Source of the DNA: Candidatus Eiseniibacteriota bacterium
Lineage (GTDB): Bacteria; Eisenbacteria; RBG-16-71-46; JAFGJU01
Reading direction: 5' to 3'
NCBI GenBank assembly: GCA_020349905.1
Contig: CP070702.1
Location: 975,516-1,039,515 of the forward strand
DNA length: 64,000 bases
Shown: positions 1 to 8,389 of the stretch, piece by piece
How positions within the stretch are numbered: position 1 is the stretch's first letter
How the letters are laid out: each line of letters begins with the position of its first letter
The notes under the pieces: model-generated
Told to the model about the DNA's origin: nothing
The model's input: the letters and a program-made list of their open reading frames with translations, nothing else
The model's database searches: none
Translations under genes and position numbers: made by a program

Positions 1-75
1 CGGGCAATAAGCAGCCCGGCCTGGTTTATGCCGTCTCCGGCCTTTCCGGCTATGATGACAGAGAGCTCCTTCACG
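1..75 (-). CDS. Partial N-terminus (about 25 aa) of a 2-oxoacid:ferredoxin oxidoreductase gamma-subunit-like protein (VKELSVIIAGKAGDGINQAGLLIA...). It runs off the window start.
   Basis: Read directly: minus-strand AGGAGG, a 4-nt spacer, then GTG at 75. The N-terminus has the G-x-x-G-x-G pattern of Kor/Por gamma subunits. It is too short for the ORF track. Confidence 0.35.
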
Positions 76-458
76 AAACCTCCTTACTGCTTGCCAAAAC
101 GATAGCCCGCGGTGCAGCGGGTGTCAAGGTGAAGCAAGCGTCAACAGGTGCCCTCAAACGGAAACGGCCGACGTGCTGGCAGCAGGCCGCTTTCGCGACA
201 TGGTTTCGTATGGCGGAAGCAGAGCTGCTCCGATTCACGACCACAGCAACGCCGCGTCGAAATGGCGCAAGTCGGCAAAGCGGAACGCTTTCACGCGGCT
301 GGTCCCAACACAACTTAGTCCTTGATTCAAGTGGAAAACGCTATAGGCTCTTAGGGTTGGAGTCTTGAGTGTCCTGATTTTCCGAACACAGTGACTCTGC
401 CGACCTTTTGCGAGGAGGAGCGGAGGCGGTAACCCGGAAGCGACCCAAGGAGGCGTTG

Positions 459-1676
459 ATGAAGGCCAGAGAAATCGCACCCGACATCTACTGGATCGGG
501 GTAATCGACTGGGCAGTAAGGGACTTTCACGGATACACCACCCTGAACGGCACCACGTACAACAACTATTTGATAAAGGACAGGGACATTACGCTCGTAG
601 ACACGGTGAAACACTCCTTCGCGGACGAAGGCATGGCCAACCTGGCTGCGCTCGTGGACCCTTCGACCGTGAAGAACCTTGTTGTCAATCACATAGAAGA
701 CGACCACATGGGGGCACTGGCCAGGTTCATGGAGCTCATGCCCAAGGCCACACTCTACATCACGGAGAAGGGCAAGAGCGGCATGGAGAGGTTCTTCGAA
801 ACTTCCGGCTGGAACGTAAAAGTCGTGAAGACCGGGGACGAGCTCAAGACCGGAAAGTACACCCTCACGTTCGTCGAGACACCCATGTTGCACTGGCCCG
901 ACTCCATGATGACCTACGTCAAGGAAGCCGAGCTTCTCATTTCTCAGGACGCGTTCGGGCAGCACCTGGCTTCCAGCGCCAGGTTCGACGACGAATTCGT
1001 GAACTGCGCCTCGCTCTCCGAACTGGACGAGGCAGTGATAGATTACTACGCAAACATCCTCATGCCATTCAACACTCTCATAAAGACCAAGATCGCGGAG
1101 ATAGGCAAGCTGGGGATTCCCATAAAGACGATAGCTCCGGACCACGGAATCATCTGGCGCAGCAATCCGAACAAAATCATCCAGACTTACCTGGATCTGG
1201 CGGGCGGCAAGGCAGACCTCAGGGTGGCGGTCATCTACGACACGATGTGGGGCAGCACGGACCACATGGCCCGCGGGATACTTGAAGGGATTGAAGAGGA
1301 GGGCGTGAGCTCCAAGCTCGTCAAGCTGAGAGCCACTCCCACGAGCGTTGCGACGAAGGAGCTCTGGAAGTCCCGGGGATACATCGTGGGCTCGCCCACG
1401 CTCAACAACGGCATCTTCCCCTCCGTTGCAGAGTTCGTGACCAACCTCAGGGGACTCAGGCCCAGGGACCGTATCGCCGGCGGCTTCGGAAGCTTCGGCT
1501 GGAGCGGCGGGGCCGTCAAGTGGCTCTACGAGCAGTTCGAGGCGATGAAGCTGGAGACGGTCGGCCCCTGTCTGGAGCTGCGCTACAAAGTCCTGAAAGA
1601 GGACAAAGAGAAATGCCTGGAGTTCGGCCGCGACTTTGCGAGGAAGGTCAAGGAGTACCACAAGAAGTTCGAATAG
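459..1676 (+). CDS. fprA: Flavodiiron protein (FprA / rubredoxin:oxygen or NO oxidoreductase): a metallo-beta-lactamase-like diiron domain plus a C-terminal flavodoxin domain.
   Basis: The 408..1676 ORF, with the start moved to ATG 459 (MKAREIAPDIYWIG...), which is preceded by AAGGAGG 5 nt upstream. An H-x-E-x-D-H-like diiron motif (NHIEDDHMGAL) is present. The C-terminal flavodoxin-like region reads GSPTLNNGIFP. Confidence 0.9.
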   Translation: MKAREIAPDIYWIGVIDWAVRDFHGYTTLNGTTYNNYLIKDRDITLVDTVKHSFADEGMANLAALVDPSTVKNLVVNHIEDDHMGALARFMELMPKATLYITEKGKSGMERFFETSGWNVKVVKTGDELKTGKYTLTFVETPMLHWPDSMMTYVKEAELLISQDAFGQHLASSARFDDEFVNCASLSELDEAVIDYYANILMPFNTLIKTKIAEIGKLGIPIKTIAPDHGIIWRSNPNKIIQTYLDLAGGKADLRVAVIYDTMWGSTDHMARGILEGIEEEGVSSKLVKLRATPTSVATKELWKSRGYIVGSPTLNNGIFPSVAEFVTNLRGLRPRDRIAGGFGSFGWSGGAVKWLYEQFEAMKLETVGPCLELRYKVLKEDKEKCLEFGRDFARKVKEYHKKFE

Positions 1677-1782
1677 AAGGCATTTTCCCTCTAGCCCAAA
1701 GCCACGGCCTCCATCTGACTGGAGGTCTGCCTCTGCGTAACGGGTTGAAACCCAACTTCTTATAAAAGAAACAAAAAAATCC

Positions 1783-1811
1783 TTGACACGGGCCTAGTAT
1801 AAGAATATAAT
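1783..1811 (+). promoter_or_regulatory. Consensus sigma70 promoter: TTGACA (1783-1788), a 17-bp spacer, then TATAAT (1806-1811). It drives the perR-rbr-dfx operon.
   Basis: Read directly: exact -35 and -10 hexamers with ideal 17-bp spacing. It lies 47 bp upstream of the Fur-family start, and AAAGGAG (the RBS) is at 1845-1851. Confidence 0.6.
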
Positions 1812-1828
1812 AGTAATCGTTACTATTA
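1808..1828 (+). promoter_or_regulatory. Perfect palindromic operator TAATAGTAA-TCG-TTACTATTA overlapping the -10 box. It is a PerR/Fur-type box and the likely autoregulation site.
   Basis: A 9-3-9 perfect inverted repeat read directly. It is AT-rich in a GC-rich genome. It sits directly upstream of a Fur-family gene that is followed by peroxide and superoxide detoxification genes. Confidence 0.55.
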
Positions 1829-1857
1829 GCATCTAGAGATCGCCAAAGGAGTCTGTC

Positions 1858-2307
1858 TTGCTACCCAGGTCCAAGCTTCGAATGACACCGCAGCGCCGGT
1901 TGATCCTAGAGGAGCTCAGAGGCATGAGAACCCATCCGACAGCCGACCATCTCTACGAGGCCGTTAGACGCAGGCTGCCCCGTATCAGCCTCGGCACGGT
2001 CTATCGGAATCTGGACCTGTTGTCCAGAGACGGCTTAATAAACCGCATCGAAGTCGGGGGGATGCAGAAGCGTTTCGACGGAGACACCGCCCTCCACTAT
2101 CACAAGAGATGCGTGAGCTGTGGCCGCGTCGACGACGCCCACGTGCCGGCAGCACAGGCGGCAATAGACGCAGCAGCGAAGGAGGTGACCGATTACCACA
2201 TACTCGGCCATCGACTGGAGTTCATCGGACTGTGCCCCCAGTGCGCAGTGAGAGAGAAACCTTCCGAAGGTCGCCCCGAGGGCGACCAGAAAGGAGAGAC
2301 AGCATGA
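1858..2307 (+). CDS. perR: Fur-family metalloregulator, probably the peroxide-responsive repressor PerR.
   Basis: The helix-turn-helix region reads MTPQRRLILEEL....HPTADHLY, and the C-terminus has CxxC...CPQC Zn-site motifs. The start is TTG 1858 (RBS 6 nt upstream) or ATG 1882. Its stop overlaps the rbr start (ATGA). Confidence 0.85.
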   Translation: MLPRSKLRMTPQRRLILEELRGMRTHPTADHLYEAVRRRLPRISLGTVYRNLDLLSRDGLINRIEVGGMQKRFDGDTALHYHKRCVSCGRVDDAHVPAAQAAIDAAAKEVTDYHILGHRLEFIGLCPQCAVREKPSEGRPEGDQKGETA

Positions 2308-2876
2308 AACTAAAGGGTTCAAAGACCGAGAAGAACATCCTGACAGCTTTTGCCGGAGAGTCACAGGCCAGAAATCGCTACACGTACTTCTCCAGCCAGG
2401 CGCGCAAGGACGGTTACGTACAGATCGCAGACATCTTTGAGGAAACCGCCAACCAGGAAAAGGAGCACGCAAAGCGCCTCTTCAAGCTCCTAGAAGGTGG
2501 GGAGGCAGAGATTCAAGCATCATTTCCTGCGGGCGTGATAGCAACCACCGCCGAGAATCTGACGGAAGCCGCAGGAGGAGAACACTACGAATGGGAAGAG
2601 ATGTATCCCTCCTTTGCCAAGGTCGCCCGTGAAGAGGGATTCAAAGATATAGCTTGCATATTCGAGGCCATCGCCGTGGCCGAGAAACAGCACGAGAAGC
2701 GCTATCTGGGTATTCTGGCAAACGTGAAGTCAGGAAAGGTGTTCAAGAAAGACAAGGCAGTCACGTGGAGATGCCGCAACTGCGGCTATCTCATAAACTG
2801 CCCCGAGGCGCCTGCGAAGTGTCCCGCCTGCGACCATACACAGGCCCACTTTGAGCTTCTGGGTGAGAACTGGTAA
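2304..2876 (+). CDS. rbr: Rubrerythrin: a ferritin-like diiron domain plus a C-terminal rubredoxin-like CxxC...CxxC domain.
   Basis: The internal Met of ORF 2109..2876 ([26 protein letters not shown]...) was chosen as the start because AAAGGAGAG lies upstream. The E..H diiron motifs are EKEHAKRL and EKQHEKRY. The C-terminus reads CRNCGY...CPACDH. Confidence 0.9.
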   Translation: MKLKGSKTEKNILTAFAGESQARNRYTYFSSQARKDGYVQIADIFEETANQEKEHAKRLFKLLEGGEAEIQASFPAGVIATTAENLTEAAGGEHYEWEEMYPSFAKVAREEGFKDIACIFEAIAVAEKQHEKRYLGILANVKSGKVFKKDKAVTWRCRNCGYLINCPEAPAKCPACDHTQAHFELLGENW

Positions 2877-2887
2877 AGGAGAGGATC

Positions 2888-3262
2888 ATGACGAAGAGGT
2901 TGCAAGTCTACAAGTGCAACGTGTGCGGGAACATAGTGGAGGTGCTTCACGAGGGTAAGGGAGAGCTCGTCTGCTGTGGCGCTCCGATGAAGCTTCAGGC
3001 GGAGAACACGACCGATGCCGCCCAGGAGAAACACGTCCCCGTCGTGGAGAAGACCTCCGCGGGAGTGAAGGTGAAGGTCGGAAGTGCGGCTCACCCGATG
3101 GAGGAGAAGCACTACATCGAGTGGATTCAGGTCCTGGTAGACGGAAGAGCGTACAGGCAGTTCCTGAATCCCGGAGGTCCTCCCGAGGCGACGTTCAACG
3201 TGCAGGGTGACAACATCACTGCTCGCGAATACTGCAACCTGCACGGGCACTGGAAGGCATAG
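2888..3262 (+). CDS. dfx: Desulfoferrodoxin (2Fe superoxide reductase): an N-terminal desulforedoxin-like domain plus a C-terminal neelaredoxin domain.
   Basis: The N-terminus reads [11 protein letters not shown]...CCGAPM. The C-terminal SOR region reads EKHVPV....[12 protein letters not shown]....CNLHGHW. Confidence 0.9.
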   Translation: MTKRLQVYKCNVCGNIVEVLHEGKGELVCCGAPMKLQAENTTDAAQEKHVPVVEKTSAGVKVKVGSAAHPMEEKHYIEWIQVLVDGRAYRQFLNPGGPPEATFNVQGDNITAREYCNLHGHWKA

Positions 3263-3404
3263 AGCGTCGAGGTAATACGTGGTGACGGGCCGTCAGCCAC
3301 CTGGTCCGTGAGGAGCGGGACCTGATGGGCTGAGGAAACAGGAACCTTGTGAGCTGATGGCCCTGACCACCGCTCGTGAAAGAAAGCAATACGGAGGTAA
3401 GTCA

Positions 3405-3869
3405 ATGAAGAGATGGCGCTGCTCAGTATGTGGCTACGTTCAGAGCGGGGAGAGGCCGCCGGACGTCTGTCCCAACTGCAGCTCTCCGAAGGAGAAGTTC
3501 GGAGAGATACCCGATGACTTTGAAGAGCTACAGATGCACTACGAGAAGAAGGTCTCCCGGGGCAAAGAAGTGGAAGTGAATCCCTTCTTTGGAGACTATT
3601 CGGGTATCTCTCCTTACGTATACAACCTTCCCGCAGGGCAGAGAGTCCCACTGCACAAGCATCCGACCACGGATGAGCTGTTCTTTGTGCTCAAGGGAAA
3701 GTTGGAGTTCAAGGTCGGCGACAAGAAGGTGACGGCGGCAGAAGGAGACGTGGTCAAGGGCAAGATGAACGTCCCTCACACGTTCGCCAACATCGGCAAA
3801 GAGGCCGCCGCGTTTCTCTCGGTCAAGGGCCCCAAGCCCGTTGACCTCGTGAAGCTAGAAGAGGCCTGA
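3405..3869 (+). CDS. Fusion protein: an N-terminal rubredoxin-like zinc-ribbon (CSVCGY...CPNC) plus a C-terminal cupin_2 domain.
   Basis: The Met at residue 17 of ORF 3357..3869 was chosen as the start because GGAGG lies upstream. Two CxxC pairs are 18 aa apart. The cupin motif reads [21 protein letters not shown]...GDVV...PHTF. Confidence 0.7.
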   Translation: MKRWRCSVCGYVQSGERPPDVCPNCSSPKEKFGEIPDDFEELQMHYEKKVSRGKEVEVNPFFGDYSGISPYVYNLPAGQRVPLHKHPTTDELFFVLKGKLEFKVGDKKVTAAEGDVVKGKMNVPHTFANIGKEAAAFLSVKGPKPVDLVKLEEA

Positions 3870-3909
3870 CAGGCGGGCACGAGAACGGCCCGCCGATGAG
3901 GAGATTGAC

Positions 3910-4668
3910 GTGACTGGTGAAATGGACCGCAAGGCGCTGCGAGACGTTACATACGGTATGTACGTCGTCACGTCTCATTCCGACGGCAAACTGAACGGGC
4001 AGATTGCCAACACCGTCATTCAGGTTTGCTCCGAGCCCCCGCGGATAGCCGTCAGCATTAACAAGAACAACCTGACCCACGAATACATCTCCAAGAGCGG
4101 GGTGTTCGCCGTCTCCGTGCTGGATGAGAAGACGCCGATGCCGTTCATAGGGTTGTTCGGGTTTAAGTCCGGGAGGGACGTGGACAAGCTCTCGCAGGTC
4201 AACTACAAGGAGGGCGTCACAGGATGCCCCTGCGTCACGGATAATGCACTCTCCTTGCTGGAGGCTAAGGTTGGTGGCAGCACCGACACCGGTACCCACA
4301 CACTCTTTGTCGGGGACCTGGTTGGGGCTGAAGTCCTCCAGCAAGGAGCACCTCTTACTTACGCTTTCTATCACAAGAAGAAAAGAGGAAAATCTCCTAA
4401 GAACGCCCCGACATACGAGGGGCCCGATAAGCCCCCAGCGGAGGGGCCTCAGAAACCCTCAACCGGGGCACGTGAGAAACCCTCACCCCGAGAAGGAGAG
4501 AAGGACATGAAGACATACGTCTGCAACGTGTGCGGTTACGAGTACGATCCCGCTGTGGGGGATCCCGACGCCGGTATACCGGCGGGCACGGCGTTCGAGA
4601 AGTTGCCGGCCGACTGGGTCTGTCCCATCTGTGGAGCCGCCAAGAGCGAATTCTCGCCGAAGCCCTGA
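3910..4668 (+). CDS. hrb: High-molecular-weight rubredoxin-like protein (Hrb-type): a flavin-reductase-like FMN-binding domain joined by a Lys/Pro-rich linker to a C-terminal rubredoxin domain.
   Basis: The flavin_reduct-like N-terminal domain reads [21 protein letters not shown]. The C-terminus reads [12 protein letters not shown]....[16 protein letters not shown] lies 7 nt before GTG 3910. The rbr/fprA/hrb neighbourhood is known from Moorella-type clusters. Confidence 0.8.
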   Translation: MTGEMDRKALRDVTYGMYVVTSHSDGKLNGQIANTVIQVCSEPPRIAVSINKNNLTHEYISKSGVFAVSVLDEKTPMPFIGLFGFKSGRDVDKLSQVNYKEGVTGCPCVTDNALSLLEAKVGGSTDTGTHTLFVGDLVGAEVLQQGAPLTYAFYHKKKRGKSPKNAPTYEGPDKPPAEGPQKPSTGAREKPSPREGEKDMKTYVCNVCGYEYDPAVGDPDAGIPAGTAFEKLPADWVCPICGAAKSEFSPKP

Positions 4669-4675
4669 CGTATAT

Positions 4676-4733
4676 GCCACGCACGAGATAGGTATCACAC
4701 GCCACCTGGTTCTCGACAGCCATCGTGCGTGGC
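4676..4733 (+). other. Stem-loop immediately after the hrb stop: 11-bp perfect arms GCCACGCACGA / TCGTGCGTGGC with a 36-nt loop. Possibly a terminator or an RNA-processing structure.
   Basis: The inverted repeat was read directly. No U-tract follows, which is common in high-GC genomes. Confidence 0.3.
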
Positions 4734-4861
4734 GCTTTCATCTCCTGCCCGCGAGCCACCGGTCTTCACACCTGCGGAATATCACTTTTCCCAAACTCTC
4801 GACTTGCGAAGGATTCGACGCTGTGACATGATTGCCCCGGCTGCATCGCCGGAGGTCAGCC

Positions 4862-5308
4862 ATGAACGCGAATAAGTACTCCCACACACAGGTCGGCTGG
4901 GTCATATTCGTCTGCCTCTGGGTGTCCATCCTCATCACGGTGTTCGCCACACTGCTCACGAAGGAGTTCGTGTGGGTGGTGACGATGGTCATCGTAATCC
5001 TGTTTGTCTGTCTCATCAACTTCGCGACTCTCACCATCCGCGTAGACAGGGAGAAGATAAGGCTCTACTTCGGGCCGGGTCTGGTCCGTAAGACCTTTCC
5101 CATCTCGGAGGTCCTCTCCTCCAGGGTCGTCAGCAATCCCTGGTCCGCGGGATGGGGAATCCGCCTTACGCGTGGCGGTTGGCTCTTTAACGTGTCCGGA
5201 ACGCGCGGTGTGGAACTGGAGATGAAGAGCGGCGCTAAACATCGCCTCGGCACGGACCAGCCCGAGGAGCTGGACTCGTTCATAAAGCAAATGCTGGCCG
5301 GAGGCTGA
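4862..5308 (+). CDS. Small membrane protein: two N-terminal TM helices plus a bacterial PH-like (bPH_2/DUF304-type) domain.
   Basis: The internal ATG of ORF 4832..5308 (MNANKYSHTQVGWVIFVCLWVSILITVF...) gives two hydrophobic helices, then a soluble domain. Confidence 0.5.
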   Translation: MNANKYSHTQVGWVIFVCLWVSILITVFATLLTKEFVWVVTMVIVILFVCLINFATLTIRVDREKIRLYFGPGLVRKTFPISEVLSSRVVSNPWSAGWGIRLTRGGWLFNVSGTRGVELEMKSGAKHRLGTDQPEELDSFIKQMLAGG

Positions 5309-6171
5309 GGGGCTGCGCGGACCTCGTTCGAAGCTTCATTTACCCCAGGGGCGAGCCTTGCTTTGCGATCCCTCCGGATTACGTCAATCCTTGTCGGGTC
5401 ACTTGTTCCGCAGGCTCGATGAGCCTTGCATGCGACGCGCCGTCTGCGCGGCATTGCATTTTGCTCTTGATTCCTTTCGCTCCGCACTGCCTTCCTTTCT
5501 CGCGCCAGGCCAGAAGTGAATTGGACAATCGTGAGCCCCCCTCGGTAGCCGGAGCAGAATCAAACAGTTGAAGGCGCACCCGCGACGTCACCGGTCCCTG
5601 GCACACATCTTGCGCTTGTGTGTTGGGTGAACGACATAGACCGGCAAGCCGGTCGCAGAATACTGCCCACCGACAAGAGCAAACTACTCGAAAGCGTAGG
5701 GCGCAAAGTCACCGGCCTGAAAATGGTAGCGGGACTGCCGAAGTGGGTGCCGTTGGAACCCGTTTCTCACTTTCGAGGACGGGTTTCTTCTTGAGAGGAG
5801 CCGAACGAAGCGCAGCGACACACTGGCTAAGAGGACCGCCTCCTCGAACCTCCAGAGACCTACCTCAAACACACCCGCAGGCTTCCTCTCCCGCACGCTT
5901 GGACGGCACCCACACATACCAGGTTCAAGCCGGTGACTTGTTTTGTCTTTCTTCCACAACCACGACGGTCACGCATAGTCTAGAATCCGCCGCGGACTTT
6001 TTCCGCTTGGCGAGCCCTCCCGTCGGGACTAAGATTCCGACACTCAAACCAGCGTCGGGGCCGAACCGTGCTCACCTGGGCGCGGAACTGCCCCCCCCGA
6101 CCGCACCACGCGCTTGCGACAGCATACGCGGTGCCGCGTAGGAGTAGTGGCTCAGCGGCAGGAGTACCCCT

Positions 6172-7338
6172 GTGCCAGAAAAGAGTCAAGAGAACGTCTA
6201 CAGACTGGGCTTCGTGAGTCTCTTCACGGACCTCTCGAGCCAGATGATATATCCCCTGATTCCGGCCTTTCTGGAATCCCTGGGGGCGACCAAGTTCCTC
6301 ATCGGCGTCATCGAGGGAGTTGCGGAGGGAACAGCTTCGTTCGTGAGAATGATTGCGGGCGCGTTCTCCGACCGGCTCAGGAAGAGAAGGCTATTCGTGT
6401 TTTTAGGCTACTCTCTCTCCACGCTGGTAAAGCCCTTCCTGTTCCTGGCCCATCACTGGCTCGTTGTCTTCGTGGTGCGCTTTCTTGACAGGGTCGGGAA
6501 GGGCATACGAACACCGGCCAGAGACGCCCTCATAGCCGATTCAGTGGACCCCTGCAGGAAAGGTCTGGGCTTCGGATTTCACAGGGGGATGGACCGCTTG
6601 GGTGCGGCATTGGGACCGCTTCTCGCCATGCTCGTCCTCTCACTCACTCAAGGGAACGTGAGAATGGTGTTCCTTCTCTCCGTGGTTCCCGCGGCAGTGG
6701 CCGTAGGCATCATAGGGAAGGTGAGAGAGATCGCTCCACTTCGGGAAGCTGCGGAACGTCTGAGCGAGGACCGGAAGGCACTGGGCCGAGGTTTCAGTCT
6801 CTTCATCGTAAGCGTCGTGCTATTCACCCTGGGCAATTCATCCAACGCTTTTCTCATTCTCAAGGCGACCGAGGTGGGACTTTCCGTGTCCGGGGTCCCG
6901 CTCATCTGGCTCACCTACAACCTGGTCTCTTCTGCTTCTTCGCCCGTGTTCGGAGGGCTCTCCGACAGGGTAGGAAGAAAGCCCGTCATTCTGCTCTCCT
7001 TCCTAGTCTACGGTGCCATCTACGCGGGCTTCGGTTTTTCTTCCACGCTCCCCGCGGTCTGGCTTCTCTTCGCCTGCTACGGGCTCCACTACGGACTCTC
7101 GGAAGGCATTTTCAGGGTTTACATTGCGGACCTCGTGGAGTCACACAAGCGAGCCACGGCCTACGGTCTCTTCAACACGGCCGTGGGGATAACGCTGGTT
7201 CCCTCGAGCATCATCTTCGGAGCTCTCTGGGACTCCTTCTCCTCAAAGGCCGCTTTCCTGGTGTCGGCAGGACTGGCCATTCTGGCTGCCGTGGTCTTTC
7301 TGGCTACGCAGATGGGTAAGGGGCGGTCTGCGTCCTAA
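6172..7338 (+). CDS. MFS transporter.
   Basis: Twelve predicted hydrophobic segments. The MFS-like motif reads GAFSDRLRKRRLF. The GTG start is uncertain. Confidence 0.7.
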   Translation: MPEKSQENVYRLGFVSLFTDLSSQMIYPLIPAFLESLGATKFLIGVIEGVAEGTASFVRMIAGAFSDRLRKRRLFVFLGYSLSTLVKPFLFLAHHWLVVFVVRFLDRVGKGIRTPARDALIADSVDPCRKGLGFGFHRGMDRLGAALGPLLAMLVLSLTQGNVRMVFLLSVVPAAVAVGIIGKVREIAPLREAAERLSEDRKALGRGFSLFIVSVVLFTLGNSSNAFLILKATEVGLSVSGVPLIWLTYNLVSSASSPVFGGLSDRVGRKPVILLSFLVYGAIYAGFGFSSTLPAVWLLFACYGLHYGLSEGIFRVYIADLVESHKRATAYGLFNTAVGITLVPSSIIFGALWDSFSSKAAFLVSAGLAILAAVVFLATQMGKGRSAS

Positions 7339-7355
7339 CAAGGCGCCACCCAACC

Positions 7356-8366
7356 TCAGAAAACGGTCACTGCCGAGGCCTTGAAGGTGAGAAACACGTC
7401 ACTTCCCAGGCCGATTCGCAGTCGTTCGAAGGACTCTTTGGTCACGTGAGCCGTGAGCATGAGGCCTACGTCCACGGTTGCCGCGACCCGGTCTTCGAGC
7501 GTGGCAAGCGCGGTCACCTTCCCTGCGAGACAGTTCCTCGCGCTCGATTCGATTCTCTCCGTTGAGACTATGATGGCGCCGGGGTCTATGGCTGCACGTA
7601 CGGGGCCCGCACTGTCCGTGATGACATGAATCGCAACGCGTCCGACCTTGAGAAGCGTTGAGCCGTCCTTACGTATGACTTCTCCTTCCAGAATGTTTTC
7701 CAACGCGGGCGGCGCCAGTCGCCCCCGCTCGAGACGAACCACGTTTGCCGACAGCCTGTAGGCCTGCCTGAGTTCGTGGGTGACTGCCACGACCGTGCAT
7801 CCCCTCGCCTCGAGTCCCTGAATCGCCATCTCGACCCGCACCCTGTTCGCCTCGTCCACGCTTGCCACGGGCTCGTCCAGGAGTACGAGAGGCGGACCGA
7901 GCGCTATCGCTCTTGCCAGGGACACGCGCTGTGCTTCGCCGGTAGAAAGCGTTCTGGCGTTGCGATGCTGAAGATAAGCTAACCCCAGGGCCTCGAGCGA
8001 CGCTTCCACGCGCTGTAACTTCTCTGCAGGCGTGAACTCCCTGAAGCGCAGTCCGTATTCCACGTTCCGACGAACGCTCGTGTCAAAGAGGTACGGCTTC
8101 TGGAAGCAGAGCGTCATCTTTCTCATCTCGGCGAGCCGCGTCGCCGGCGTGAGGCCGTTGAGGTTTCGCCCGAACACTTTCACGCTGCCGCTCGTGGGAA
8201 GTTGAAGGCCGTTAACCACGCGAAGCAACGTGGTCTTCCCCGCCCCGTTCGGCCCAACGAGAACGTGCACCCTGCCCTCTTCGAACTCGAGGGACGGGAG
8301 ATCCAGAACGGTTTCCCCTCCGAGAGAGACGACCAGGTCAGAGATCTTAACGACTGCTTCGGGCAT
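7356..8366 (-). CDS. tupC: Tungstate/molybdate ABC transporter ATP-binding protein with a C-terminal TOBE/Mop domain.
   Basis: Walker A GPNGAGKTT, ABC signature LSTGEAQR, and Walker B LLLDEP are present. A C-terminal TOBE-like domain of about 100 aa follows. The gene is adjacent to tupB and tupA. Confidence 0.85.
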   Translation of the reverse strand: MPEAVVKISDLVVSLGGETVLDLPSLEFEEGRVHVLVGPNGAGKTTLLRVVNGLQLPTSGSVKVFGRNLNGLTPATRLAEMRKMTLCFQKPYLFDTSVRRNVEYGLRFREFTPAEKLQRVEASLEALGLAYLQHRNARTLSTGEAQRVSLARAIALGPPLVLLDEPVASVDEANRVRVEMAIQGLEARGCTVVAVTHELRQAYRLSANVVRLERGRLAPPALENILEGEVIRKDGSTLLKVGRVAIHVITDSAGPVRAAIDPGAIIVSTERIESSARNCLAGKVTALATLEDRVAATVDVGLMLTAHVTKESFERLRIGLGSDVFLTFKASAVTVF

Positions 8367-8389
8367 GAATCAAACTACCTCGGCCCCCC

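Noticed and set aside
129-368. A 79-aa plus-strand ORF in the fprA/kor divergent intergenic region.
   Set aside because: No RBS, and the composition is Arg/Thr-rich. The region is better explained as promoter/operator space between divergent genes.
351-1661. A 436-aa minus-strand ORF antisense to fprA. Similar long antisense or alternative-frame ORFs occur elsewhere, for example 35868..36725+, 40922..41863+, 46160..47110+, 47897..48691+, 49266..50504+, 11013..11696- and 19646..20230-.
   Set aside because: They are products of high GC content (few stop codons). Their translations are Arg/Pro/Gly/His-rich with no domain-like segments. Each lies opposite a gene with clear family signatures.
2109-2303. 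N-terminal 65-aa extension of the rubrerythrin ORF (MRELWPRRRRPRAG...).
   Set aside because: It is Arg-rich junk overlapping the perR coding region in another frame. The genuine start at 2304 has a consensus RBS and overlaps the perR stop.
5620-6141. Possible tmRNA (an 'ANYSKA*'-like tag frame and a GGTTCAAGCC T-loop-like string) or RNase P RNA (an AAAGTC...CCGG long-range pairing) in the gene-less region.
   Set aside because: The tag does not end in the near-universal (L/V)AA. There is no tRNA-like acceptor/T-arm pair. None of the RNase P conserved blocks (GGAAAGUCCGGGCUCC, GGUAAGAGCGCACC, ACAGAACCCGGCUUA) is present. It is kept only as 'possible unknown structured RNA'.
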